DNA of 64,000 nt from Candidatus Latescibacterota bacterium. Lineage in GTDB: Bacteria; Latescibacterota; UBA2968; UBA8231. Below, piece after piece: positions 50,089-59,772 of the stretch. The notes under the pieces were generated by a model. That model saw only the letters and a list, made by a program, of their open reading frames with translations, was not told the DNA's origin and did no database searches. Where the stretch lies: assembly GCA_965217585.1 (NCBI GenBank), contig OZ244561.1:4128001-4192000 (forward strand), written 5' to 3'. The first letter of the stretch is position 1, and each line of letters starts with the position of its first letter. A program made the position numbers and the translations under genes.

Positions 50089-50240
50089 ATTCTTAGTCCG
50101 ATGAGAGATAGCCAACCTCGTCGAGGCAGGCGCGTGGCGCTGCTAGCGGCTACAAAACCAAAAGAAGCGGCGAGCCTTGTAACCCTTCTCGCTCTCGCCA
50201 TATGGCGGTTCGAAAAACAAGCCAAGGAGGGCCATGTAAA

Positions 50241-50954
50241 ATGAAGAAGCGCGATTATGCGATTCTGTTGCACCGCCTGCAGGCGGTGGGGCCAACACAG
50301 CTAGTGGCTGAATGCGGTGGATACCCGATTTACGCCATAGAATTAGGAAGCGGTACTGAGGCACGAATCCTGCTGACAGCCGGGTTGCATGGGGACGAGC
50401 CGGCCGGGCCAGAAGCCGCGCTGCGCTTTGCCGAGGGGTTGAGTCTGCACCTCGCCCAGCGTTGTCAGTTCCTGATCTTGCCCTGCCTCAATCCGCACGG
50501 CTATGTCCACAATACCCGCGAAAACGAATCCGGCGTGGATTGCAATCGGGAGTTTGGCGGCGATGCGGTCCCGCTGGTCGCGCAGGTCAAGGCATTGCTG
50601 AGCGGCCGGCGCTTTGATTGCGCGCTGGACTTTCACGAGGACTGGGAGGCGTCGGGGTTTTACTGCTATGAGGCCGAGCGCGACGAGCAGTGGCTCGGGC
50701 CGGCCATCGTCGAGCAAGTGCGCGAGGTGATGCCCATTGACGGAGAGGCCGGCGAAAACGACAAAGTGATTGCTGAAGGCGTCTTCCTCATTGACCCAGA
50801 GTGGGGCGAGGCGGGGTTGGCACCCTACTTGTACGCGCACCATACCGAGCACGCGTTAATCAGCGAGACGCCCAGCGAATGGCTGCTAGCGGTGCGAGCA
50901 GAGGCGCATCTGAGGACGCTGGGGGTCGCGCTTCAGCGGCGTTTGGGCGCGTAG
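50241..50954 (+). CDS. M14 metallocarboxypeptidase / succinylglutamate desuccinylase family
   Basis: AGLHGDE, NPHG...R.N...D.NR, LDFHED, ETP. Confidence 0.88.
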   Translation: MKKRDYAILLHRLQAVGPTQLVAECGGYPIYAIELGSGTEARILLTAGLHGDEPAGPEAALRFAEGLSLHLAQRCQFLILPCLNPHGYVHNTRENESGVDCNREFGGDAVPLVAQVKALLSGRRFDCALDFHEDWEASGFYCYEAERDEQWLGPAIVEQVREVMPIDGEAGENDKVIAEGVFLIDPEWGEAGLAPYLYAHHTEHALISETPSEWLLAVRAEAHLRTLGVALQRRLGA

Positions 50955-52348
50955 AGGTGCGCGCTCTGGCCGTAGTGACTTTCGGCCGCTTCCATGAGGG
51001 TTTCGGAGAGCGTGGGATGGGGATGGATCGAAAGCTGGACATCCGCTGCGAGAGCGGCCATTTCCACGGCTAGGACGCCTTCGGCGATAAGCTCACCTGC
51101 GCCGCTGCCGGCGATGCCCACGCCTAGGATCCGGTCGGTCTGGGGATCGATGAGCAGCTTGGTGAGACCGTCGCTTGCGCCTTGGGTCGCGGCGCGGCCA
51201 GAAGCCGACCAGGGGAAGCGCGCGACCGCGACGGAGCGGCCCTGTTTTTTGGCCTCTTCCTCGGTGAGGCCGCACCAGGCGATTTCCGGGTCGGTATAGA
51301 CGACGTTGGGGATGGCGTGGGGCGCGAAGACCTGTTTGTCGTGGCCGGCCACGACCTCGGCGGCTAGGCTCCCTTGGTGGGCGGCTGTGTGGGCGAGGGC
51401 TGCGCCTACGAGGTCGCCAATGGCGAAGATCGAAGACTCGGCCGTGCGCAGTTGGTCATCGACTTGGACGTAGCCGCGCTCGTCGAGGCCGACGGCGGTG
51501 AGGTCCAAACCCAAGTCTTCGCTGTTGGGAACCCGGCCAACGGAGAGCAGGATTTTGGCGTAGGTCTTGGAAAAGCTCTGGCCGTCGCTGTTCTGTAGGT
51601 GTACCGCTAAGCCATCGTCGCTCTCTGCGAGCGCGGTCACTTGGGTGTTGAGCATGATGTCGTCGAATCGCTCGGCGGCCTTGTTGTGCAGCGGTTTGAC
51701 CAAGTCGCGGTCGGCCGGAGGGATCAGCCCGGGGAGCATTTCGACGACCGAAACCTGGGTCCCCAGTGCCGCATACACCTGCCCTATCTCCATACCAATG
51801 ATGCCACCGCCGACGACGAGCATGGAGGCGGGTATGTCGCCGAGTGCGACGGCTGCGGTCGAATCCATGATGCGGTCGCTCGGCTGGTCGAAGAGCGCCG
51901 GCACGGCCGGGCGCGACCCGGTAGCGAGGATGGCGTGCTCAAACTGCAACGCGCCCTGGCTGCCGTCGGTTTTGTCGATTTGCAGGGTGTGGGGGTCGAG
52001 GAAGCGGGCGTGCCCCTGCACGTAGGTCAGCTTGTGCGCCTTGACGAGCTGACCCAAGCCCCGCGTCATCTTGGCAACGACCTCGTCCTTCCACGTCCGC
52101 AACTTGTCGAGGTCAATATCGGGCGCGGCGAATTGGATGCCCCAGTGTTCGGCTTCCCTCGCTTCGTAGAGGAGCTTGGAAATGTGCAAGAGGGCTTTGG
52201 AGGGGATGCAGCCTCGGTAGAGGCAGACGCCGCCTGGATGGGCTTCTGGATCGATCAATGCGACATCCAACCCCAAGTCCGCGGCCTTGAAGGCGGCGAC
52301 GTAGCCGCCCGGGCCGCCGCCGATGACCGCTAGCTGGGCCTTGTCCAT
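50933..52348 (-). CDS. lpdA: Dihydrolipoamide dehydrogenase
   Basis: GGGPGG, GGVCLYRGCIPSK, HPHPTLSE. Confidence 0.97.
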   Translation of the reverse strand: MDKAQLAVIGGGPGGYVAAFKAADLGLDVALIDPEAHPGGVCLYRGCIPSKALLHISKLLYEAREAEHWGIQFAAPDIDLDKLRTWKDEVVAKMTRGLGQLVKAHKLTYVQGHARFLDPHTLQIDKTDGSQGALQFEHAILATGSRPAVPALFDQPSDRIMDSTAAVALGDIPASMLVVGGGIIGMEIGQVYAALGTQVSVVEMLPGLIPPADRDLVKPLHNKAAERFDDIMLNTQVTALAESDDGLAVHLQNSDGQSFSKTYAKILLSVGRVPNSEDLGLDLTAVGLDERGYVQVDDQLRTAESSIFAIGDLVGAALAHTAAHQGSLAAEVVAGHDKQVFAPHAIPNVVYTDPEIAWCGLTEEEAKKQGRSVAVARFPWSASGRAATQGASDGLTKLLIDPQTDRILGVGIAGSGAGELIAEGVLAVEMAALAADVQLSIHPHPTLSETLMEAAESHYGQSAHLYAPKRR

Positions 52349-52355
52349 AGCCGCC

Positions 52356-53660
52356 TCAGCCTTCCAAGAGCGCGATAAAGGGATCTTCCAATGCCGTGCA
52401 GATCCAGCGGAGGAAGCGCGCGCCGTCAGCTCCGTCGATCAGGCGGTGATCGTAGGACAGCGACAGGGGCAGGAGGGTGCGCGGCTGGAGTTGGCCGTCG
52501 ATATAAGTGGGTTCGACTTGCGAGCGCGCCACTCCGAGGATCGCCACTTCGGGCGGGTTGACGATGGGCGTAAAGGCGGTGCCGCCCATGGTGCCGACAT
52601 TGCTGATGGTCATGGACCCGCCCTGCATGTCGGCTGGTCCGATCTTGCGCTCGCGCGTCTTTTGCGCCAGCTCGCTCAGCTCGACCGCCAATTCGATGAT
52701 GTTCTTTTGGTCCACGTCGCGCACCACCGGTACGAGCAGGCCGTGGGGGGTATCCACGGCAATGCCGATGTGGAAGTAGCGTTTGTACACGACTTCCCGC
52801 TGGGCCATGTCGACGCTGGCGTTGAACTGCGGGAAGACTTTGAGGGCAATACCGAGCACCTTGATGAGAATCGCGGTCGGCGTCAGCTTGCCACCGGCTG
52901 CTTCGGCCTTTTTACCGTATGCTGCGCGCCACTTTTCCAAGCTGGTAATGTCGGCCTTGTCGAATTGGGTGACTTGCGGGATGGTGGCCCAAGCCTGCGC
53001 GAGGCGGTCGGCGGTTATCTCGCGCACCTTGGTCATAGGCTGACGCTCGACAGCACCCCACTGGCTGAAGTCGGGTAGTGGGGCGGCTGCGGCCGGGGCT
53101 GCGGCTCGCGCTGCGTGCAGCTTTTTTGAGTGAGCCTTGACGTCGTCGATTGAGATCCTGCCGCCCGCTCCCGTGCCTTGGACCTGTGCAATATCGACGC
53201 CGATTTCGCGGGCTAGGCGGCGCGTCGATGGCGCGGCTGGAACGGGATCGTCTGTAGATATAGGTGTAGGCGCGGGAGGGGTTTCTTCGTCGGGAGGGGC
53301 GACCCTACTAACTCGGGTGAGGTCCTCGTCGAAAGAGACTTCTTCGTCGGGAGGGGCGACCCTACTAACTCGGGTGGGGGCCGGTTCCTCTGCGGCCGAG
53401 GCTTCGCCCGCCTCGACTTCGAGGATGGGCTGCCCGACGGTGATGGTGTCGCCCTGTTGGACGAGAACCTCGGTGATGGTGCCGTCTATGGAGGAGGGCA
53501 CCTCAATAACAGCCTTGTCAGTTTCGAGCTCAATGACGGTCTGGTCTTCGGCGAGGCGATCGCCGACATCGACGAGGATGCGGATCACATCGCCGCTTTC
53601 GATGTTTTCTCCCAAGTCGGGCAGTGCAAATTGTACGGGCATAGCGTGGTCTAAGCTCAC
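52356..53660 (-). CDS. aceF: Pyruvate dehydrogenase E2 (single lipoyl domain)
   Basis: LETDKA lipoyl site, PSTRRLARE..GTG..GRI, SYDHRLIDGA. Alternative ATG at 53642. Confidence 0.93.
   Translation of the reverse strand: MSLDHAMPVQFALPDLGENIESGDVIRILVDVGDRLAEDQTVIELETDKAVIEVPSSIDGTITEVLVQQGDTITVGQPILEVEAGEASAAEEPAPTRVSRVAPPDEEVSFDEDLTRVSRVAPPDEETPPAPTPISTDDPVPAAPSTRRLAREIGVDIAQVQGTGAGGRISIDDVKAHSKKLHAARAAAPAAAAPLPDFSQWGAVERQPMTKVREITADRLAQAWATIPQVTQFDKADITSLEKWRAAYGKKAEAAGGKLTPTAILIKVLGIALKVFPQFNASVDMAQREVVYKRYFHIGIAVDTPHGLLVPVVRDVDQKNIIELAVELSELAQKTRERKIGPADMQGGSMTISNVGTMGGTAFTPIVNPPEVAILGVARSQVEPTYIDGQLQPRTLLPLSLSYDHRLIDGADGARFLRWICTALEDPFIALLEG
53283..53376. repeat. 37-bp exact direct repeat (57-bp period) in the aceF linker
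   Basis: TTCTTCGTCGGGAGGGGCGACCCTACTAACTCGGGTG at 53283 and 53340, encoding TRVSRVAPPDEE twice. Confidence 0.9.
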
Positions 53661-56314
53661 AGGTAAACGGGATTGGGTTTTGCCGGATCGATATCTAGGT
53701 CTTTCATGGCTTGAACGACGGCGTCGTTTTCGATCTGTCCCTCGCGTGCCAGCGCGCTCAAGGCGCCTAGTGCGATGAAGCGGTAATCGACCTCAAAGTG
53801 GTCGCGCAGGGCCTCGCGGGTCTCGCTGCGGCCGAAGCCATCGGTGCCGAGGGAGACGGGCGGGTTGGGAAACCAGCGGGCGATGGATTCCGGGAGGGCC
53901 TTGACGTAATCCGAGGCCATGACGTACACGCCGCGCTCCTTGGCTAGGCATTGTTCGATGTAGCTGAGGCGGGGCTTTTTGTCGGGGTGTAGGCGGTTCC
54001 AACGCTCGGCATCGAGGGCGTCGCGGTGCAGGGCCTTGTAGCTGGTGATGCTCCAGACATCCGCGCTGACTTGGTATTTTTCTTCGAGAATGCTCTGCGC
54101 TTTGAGGGCGCTGTTGATGATCGCGCCGCTGCCGAAGAGGTGGGCCTTGAGTGGGGCGCGCTTCTTGGCCGCGGGCTTGAACTTGTACATGCCCTTGAGG
54201 ATGCCTTCTTCGACTCCGGCGGGCATCTCCGGCATGGCATAGATGTCGTTTTCGACCGTCAGGTAGTAGAACACGTCCTCCTGCTCGACGTACATGCGGC
54301 GGATGCCCTCGCGGATGATGACGGCGATTTCGTAGCCAAAGGCTGGATCGTAGGCTTCGAGATTGGGCACTGGATAGGCCAACAGGTGGCTGTGCCCGTC
54401 CTCGTGTTGCAGCCCCTCGCCGTTGAGCGTGGTGCGCCCAGCCGTGCCGCCGACCATGAAGCCCTTGACCCGCATGTCGCCGGCTAGCCAGACCAAATCG
54501 CCGATCCGCTGCATCCCGAACATCGAGTAGTAGACAAAGAAGGGAATGGTGTTGATGCCGTGCGTGGCATAGGCTGAGCCGGCTGCGATAAAGGAGGACA
54601 TAGAACCGGCCTCGGTGATGCCCTCTTCGAGTATCTGGCCGTCTTTGGCCTCTTTGTAGTAGGTGATGACGTCTTTGTCAACCGGCTCGTATAGCTGGCC
54701 TAGGCTCGAATAGATCCCGAACTGGCGGAAGAGCGGCTCCATGCCGAAGGTGCGCGATTCGTCGGGGACGATAGGGACGACTAATTTGCCGATTTGCTTG
54801 TCTTGCATGAGTTTGCGCATGACCGCGACAAAGGCCATCGTCGTGGCAAACTCGCGCTTGCCCGAGCTCTTTTTGAATTCTTCCCACAGCGTTTCCGGCG
54901 GCATGACCAGCGGAGGAGCCATCACCTGCCGCTGGGGCACGTAGCCGCCGAGGCTTTCTCGCCGCTGGCGGATGTACTGGATTTCTGGGCTGTCGTCCGG
55001 GGGCCGGTAGAAAGGCGTCTCCGCGACTTCGTCGTCCGAGATGGGGATGCCGAAGCGGGTGCGGAAAAGACGAATCTCGTCCTCGTTGAGCTTTTTTTGC
55101 TGATGGGTGATGTTTTTGCCCTCGCCGGCCTCGCCCATGCCGTAGCCCTTGATGGTCTTGGCGAGGATGACGGTGGGCGTGTTCGTGTGGGCGATGGCTT
55201 GCTGGTAGGCGGCATAGACCTTTTCTGGATCGTGGCCGCCGCGCCGCATTTTCTGGAGTTGTTCGTCCGAGTAGTGCTCGACCATCGCGGCTAGTTTGGG
55301 GTCGGTGCCGAAGAAGTCGTGGCGAATGTAGCTGCCGTCGGAGACCGAGTACTTCTGGTACTGGCCATCGACAACCTCGTGCATGCGCTGGGCCAAGCTG
55401 CCGTCGGTGTCCTGTTCCAAGAGCGGATCCCAGTCGTCTCCCCAGATTACCTTGACGACGTTCCAGCCGGCACCGCGGAAGACCGCTTCGAGCTCTTGTA
55501 TTATCTTTCCATTGCCGCGCACGGGGCCGTCGAGGCGCTGTAGGTTGCAATTGACGACCCAGATGAGGTTGTTGAGCTGTTCGCGTGCAGCGAGGGTGAG
55601 CGCGCCCAAGCTCTCGGGCTCGTCGCACTCGCCGTCGCCCAAAAAGGCCCACACCTTGCTGTCGTCAGCGGGCTTGAGGCCGCGGTTTTCGAGGTAGCGG
55701 TTGAAGCGAGCCTGATAGATCGAAAGGATTGGTCCCAAGCCCATAGACACGGTTGGGAACTGCCAAAAGTCCGGCATCAGCCAGGGGTGCGGATAGGAGG
55801 CGAGGCCACCGCCTTCTTGTAACTCGCGGCGGAAGTTTTTCAACTGGTGTTCGCTGAGACGCCCTTCGAGAAAGGCGCGGGCGTATATGCCGGGGGAGGC
55901 GTGTCCTTGGAAGTATATCTGGTCGCCGGGATGGCCGTTGCTGGGGGCGCGGAAAAAGTGGTTGTAGCCGACCTCATAGAGGGTCGCCGAGGATGCATAG
56001 GTGGAAATGTGGCCGCCGAGGTTGGAGTCGTGATTGGCGCGCACGACCATGGCCATGGCATTCCAGCGCACGATGCTTTTGATCCGCCGCTCGATCTCGC
56101 GGCTGCCCGGATAGGGGGGCTGCTGGTCGCGGGAGATGGTGTTGATGTAAGGCGTATTGACGCTGAAGGGGGTGCCGACGCCGGCTTCGGCGGCGTGGGT
56201 TTGGAGCTGTTGCAGGAGCTTGAGGACCTGCGCGGGCGTCCTATGGGCCAGCACGTAATCGAGGGATTCGAGCCACTCGCTCATTTCGGCTTGTAGTTCT
56301 TGGGCGTTGCTCAT
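53657..56314 (-). CDS. aceE: Pyruvate dehydrogenase E1, homodimeric type
   Basis: TPYINTI, SYPHPWLMP, GDGECDEPE, EEGITEAG, GTDGFGRS. Confidence 0.97.
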   Translation of the reverse strand: MSNAQELQAEMSEWLESLDYVLAHRTPAQVLKLLQQLQTHAAEAGVGTPFSVNTPYINTISRDQQPPYPGSREIERRIKSIVRWNAMAMVVRANHDSNLGGHISTYASSATLYEVGYNHFFRAPSNGHPGDQIYFQGHASPGIYARAFLEGRLSEHQLKNFRRELQEGGGLASYPHPWLMPDFWQFPTVSMGLGPILSIYQARFNRYLENRGLKPADDSKVWAFLGDGECDEPESLGALTLAAREQLNNLIWVVNCNLQRLDGPVRGNGKIIQELEAVFRGAGWNVVKVIWGDDWDPLLEQDTDGSLAQRMHEVVDGQYQKYSVSDGSYIRHDFFGTDPKLAAMVEHYSDEQLQKMRRGGHDPEKVYAAYQQAIAHTNTPTVILAKTIKGYGMGEAGEGKNITHQQKKLNEDEIRLFRTRFGIPISDDEVAETPFYRPPDDSPEIQYIRQRRESLGGYVPQRQVMAPPLVMPPETLWEEFKKSSGKREFATTMAFVAVMRKLMQDKQIGKLVVPIVPDESRTFGMEPLFRQFGIYSSLGQLYEPVDKDVITYYKEAKDGQILEEGITEAGSMSSFIAAGSAYATHGINTIPFFVYYSMFGMQRIGDLVWLAGDMRVKGFMVGGTAGRTTLNGEGLQHEDGHSHLLAYPVPNLEAYDPAFGYEIAVIIREGIRRMYVEQEDVFYYLTVENDIYAMPEMPAGVEEGILKGMYKFKPAAKKRAPLKAHLFGSGAIINSALKAQSILEEKYQVSADVWSITSYKALHRDALDAERWNRLHPDKKPRLSYIEQCLAKERGVYVMASDYVKALPESIARWFPNPPVSLGTDGFGRSETREALRDHFEVDYRFIALGALSALAREGQIENDAVVQAMKDLDIDPAKPNPVYL

Positions 56315-56461
56315 GGCTGAAACAATTCCTTTGCGTAGGCCGTCTTATAGGTCGAAAAAAGATAATAATCACGTGTTTTCTTGGCAAAAAACCGTTTTGT
56401 TACAATCATTTATAGGTATTGCCACTCGCGCTGACAGGCGGCGCAGAAAGAGAGGCTCCCG

Positions 56462-58234
56462 GTGCATAGACACAGAACCGCCTATGTCTGCTTGCTGGCG
56501 TCGCTGCTCCTGCATCTGGCCACGCTTTACCTAGGGGATTTCCTGTGGCGCGACGAGTTGGACGCGGAAACCTTTCGCGTGCGTCTCGCCCGCATCCCGC
56601 CGCAGTTCAAGCCCCGCCGCCTGACTCCCCTGCCCCGCTTAGACCTAGAGGCGTTGAGCGTGGAGATGGAGTATCTGCGGGCCGACCAGCCAGCCGTGGA
56701 TGTCCGCGACCCCAATCTAGAAAGCGAGGCGACTCCGCCCGAGATAGAGGCCCCGACGGCCCCCTTGGCGTTGCGCGAGATGGCCGTCGGTGCAAAGGAA
56801 GATGAGCCGATTTTGGAGCGCGAAAAGATGATCTCCCCCTCGTCTTTGGGCTTGGCCGATAGCATGGGCATCGCCTCCATGGATCTCTTGCGGCTGGAGG
56901 ACATGGCCCGGGCCAACAAGGACCACGCCGCCGTCATCGGCAGTCGGGCGACTCGCCGCGACTTGTCTGGCTACGTGAACTTTACCCGGTTGCGCGTCTA
57001 TGGGGCCAGCTCGGGGCGCGGCGCGCTCGATGCCTTGAGCCGCTACTTGCGCGACCACACCCACCTGCTGGCGCAAGTGCGGGACAAGACCTACGAGTAT
57101 TTCCTGTCGGAGCAACTGCTCAAGGACCCCGTCCACTTCCTCTTCGAAGACTCCTTGTCTGCGTACGACGAGAATGTCCTGACCAAGTTCAGCCCGGAGG
57201 AGAAGGCGCTTTTGGGCCGCTATCTGCGCGAGGGCGGCTTCCTGTTTATCGAGGGCACCGGCCGCCGTACCAACCGCTATTTGCGCGAAATGAAGGACCA
57301 ACTGCGCGAGATCTTGGGGTCTGAGGCGCGCTTGGCACCCATCCCGACATCGCATCCGCTATATCACTCCTTTTACGAGTTCGGCGGTGGCTTTCCCGGA
57401 GAGGATAAATCGCGCATTGAGGACGCAGGAGGCAATCCCTCTTGGTATTATCCAGTCAACAATCGCTATGAGGTTTTGGCCGTGCAGGAAGCACAAGCAG
57501 CCACCGTCTCCGGGGCCGCCAGCGCTGTGGGTGAGGGGTTGCCACCGCCAGAGGGGCTGTGGGGAGTCGAGCTGGACGGCGAGCTGGTAGCCGTGATCAG
57601 CGACTTGATGTTGGGGGAGAATTGGCGGGCTAGCTTCAATACTGAAGAAGAAACCACGGGGAATTCGACCTACGCGCTGATGGCGGGGACCAACATCTTG
57701 GTCTATGCGCTGACGCGCAAAAGCGGCATCACGCCCCAATTGCCGCCGCCGACTTGGATGCCGGGTCAAAGGCCCGTAGCCGCGGTACAAGAGTCGCCGC
57801 TAGCTGTCGAGGTCGCCGCCGCCGACGAGTTGCTGTTCGACGATCTAGACGCTTGGCTGGCCTTAGTGGTGGCCCCGATCGGCAGCGAGATCACAGAGGA
57901 TCTCAAGGTGCGCTTGGACGGTCGCTACTCGCTCGAATTGCTCAAGCGCGGCTATCAGGGATTGCTTTTCCACAATCTGTCCGCCGGCGCGCACTGGATC
58001 GAATTGAGCTATGGAGGGCAGACCCAACAGGTGGAGGTCGATCTGAGGGGGGGCGAGGTCACCACGCTGACGTTTGCGCTCAATCGCTTTGCCTTTTTGG
58101 TGCGGCTGCGGATGCAGGAGCAGGAGGAACGGGCGGATTGGCAGCGCTGGTCTGCGGCCTTTGCCGACTTGGAGGTCGAGGAGATTTACTTGGCCGCAGA
58201 CCGCGATTGGTTGGAAGGCGGAGACGCTCCCTGA
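56462..58234 (+). CDS. DUF4159 domain membrane-anchored protein
   Basis: N-terminal SLLLH TM; L..YLREGGFLFI, HPLYHSFY, GTNILVYALT. Confidence 0.75.
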   Translation: MHRHRTAYVCLLASLLLHLATLYLGDFLWRDELDAETFRVRLARIPPQFKPRRLTPLPRLDLEALSVEMEYLRADQPAVDVRDPNLESEATPPEIEAPTAPLALREMAVGAKEDEPILEREKMISPSSLGLADSMGIASMDLLRLEDMARANKDHAAVIGSRATRRDLSGYVNFTRLRVYGASSGRGALDALSRYLRDHTHLLAQVRDKTYEYFLSEQLLKDPVHFLFEDSLSAYDENVLTKFSPEEKALLGRYLREGGFLFIEGTGRRTNRYLREMKDQLREILGSEARLAPIPTSHPLYHSFYEFGGGFPGEDKSRIEDAGGNPSWYYPVNNRYEVLAVQEAQAATVSGAASAVGEGLPPPEGLWGVELDGELVAVISDLMLGENWRASFNTEEETTGNSTYALMAGTNILVYALTRKSGITPQLPPPTWMPGQRPVAAVQESPLAVEVAAADELLFDDLDAWLALVVAPIGSEITEDLKVRLDGRYSLELLKRGYQGLLFHNLSAGAHWIELSYGGQTQQVEVDLRGGEVTTLTFALNRFAFLVRLRMQEQEERADWQRWSAAFADLEVEEIYLAADRDWLEGGDAP

Positions 58235-58241
58235 AGCAGCC

Positions 58242-59750
58242 CTACTTGTAGCGCTTCATCTCGCCGCTTTTCAGCCGGCCCCAGTACTCTTGCAGGCACG
58301 CCTTGATCTGCGGGCTGAGAATGACGCCGCCGATAATGTTGGGAAAGGCCATGCTCAAAATGAGCATATCGGTAAAGTTGAGTACGTTCCTAAGCGTGAT
58401 AATTGAGCCTAGGAAGACGAAACCGACGAAGATGATCCGGTAGATGAGGACGACGCGGCTGCCGCTGCCAAAGAGGTACTCCCACGCCCGCTCCCCATAG
58501 TATGACCACGAAATCATGGTCGAGTACGCAAAGAGCATGACGCCAATGGCGAGGACGTAGCGGGCACCAGGCAGGAATGAATCAAAGGCCGCGGCGGTCA
58601 TTTTAGCCCCCACTATGCTATCGCTTGATTGGAACTGGGGTTCGGTGTACACCCCGGTGATCATGCAGACCAAAGCGGTCATCAAGCATATCACGATCGT
58701 GTCTATGAACGGGCCGATCATGGCGACCATACCCTCGCGGGCCGGCTCGTTGGTGCGGGCCGCAGCGTGGGCAAAGGCCGCAGAGCCGAGGCCGGCTTCG
58801 TTGGAGAAGGCGGCGCGTCTGACGCCCATGACTAGGACGCCCAAAAAGCCTCCGTACATGGCTTGCGGCGAGAATGCCTCGCGAAAAATAGTCGCGATCA
58901 TGGCGGGCACTTGGGTGATGTTCGACAGGATGATAAGCAGCGAGAAGGCCACATAGAGCAGGCACATGAAGGGCACGATCCGCGAGGTGACGCTGCCGAT
59001 CCGTTTGATGCCGCCGATGATGACCAAGGAGACCAGCAAGGCGAAGAGGATACCGAAGGCCCAGTTGTAGTCCCCCACAGCCGGGGATACGGTGGTGAGG
59101 ATCTCGATCGTCTGGTTGACTTGGAACATGTTGCCGCCGCCGAGGGCACCGCCGATGGCGAAAATGGCGAACAAAATGGCGAAGACGCGGCCCAATGACT
59201 TGAGTCCTTTATTGGCAAGTCCGTGTTCTAGATAGTACATCGGTCCGCCAGAGATGCGGCCGTCGGGGTGAATTTTGCGGTACATGATGGCCAAGGTGCA
59301 GGAGGCCAGCTTGGAGGACATGCCGAACAAGGCGGTCAGGAGCATCCAGAAGACCGCACCCGGCCCGCCCAAGCTGACGGCAATGGCGACGCCGGCGATG
59401 TTACCAAGGCCGATGGTAGCCGACAGGGCGCTGGTGAGGGCTTGGAAATGGGAGATCTCGCCTGGGTCGTTGGGATCGTCGTAGCGACCGCGGATGACGT
59501 CGATGGAGTGGCGGAAGCCGCGTAGGGAAAGCCAGCCGAAGTAGAAGGAATAGTAGATGCCGCCTAGGACGAGCACCCAGATGATGAGGGGAATTTTCGT
59601 GCCTAGGTCAGCGAAGAGGACGGCACCCATCAGGGACACGATATCGGCGAAGAGACCGTCTATTGTTTGGATCCAGTTTTGTTCGGCATCTTGGGCTAGG
59701 GTGGGGGCAGTCGTCCACAAAATCAGGGCGGCGGCGTAGAGTAAGCGCAT
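58242..59750 (-). CDS. Alanine/glycine:cation symporter (AGCS)
   Basis: FQALTSALSATIGLGNIAGV, GGPGAVFWM, GGPMYY, FSNEAGLGS. Confidence 0.95.
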   Translation of the reverse strand: MRLLYAAALILWTTAPTLAQDAEQNWIQTIDGLFADIVSLMGAVLFADLGTKIPLIIWVLVLGGIYYSFYFGWLSLRGFRHSIDVIRGRYDDPNDPGEISHFQALTSALSATIGLGNIAGVAIAVSLGGPGAVFWMLLTALFGMSSKLASCTLAIMYRKIHPDGRISGGPMYYLEHGLANKGLKSLGRVFAILFAIFAIGGALGGGNMFQVNQTIEILTTVSPAVGDYNWAFGILFALLVSLVIIGGIKRIGSVTSRIVPFMCLLYVAFSLLIILSNITQVPAMIATIFREAFSPQAMYGGFLGVLVMGVRRAAFSNEAGLGSAAFAHAAARTNEPAREGMVAMIGPFIDTIVICLMTALVCMITGVYTEPQFQSSDSIVGAKMTAAAFDSFLPGARYVLAIGVMLFAYSTMISWSYYGERAWEYLFGSGSRVVLIYRIIFVGFVFLGSIITLRNVLNFTDMLILSMAFPNIIGGVILSPQIKACLQEYWGRLKSGEMKRYK

Positions 59751-59772
59751 GGTAAATTTTCCTCTCGAAGGA

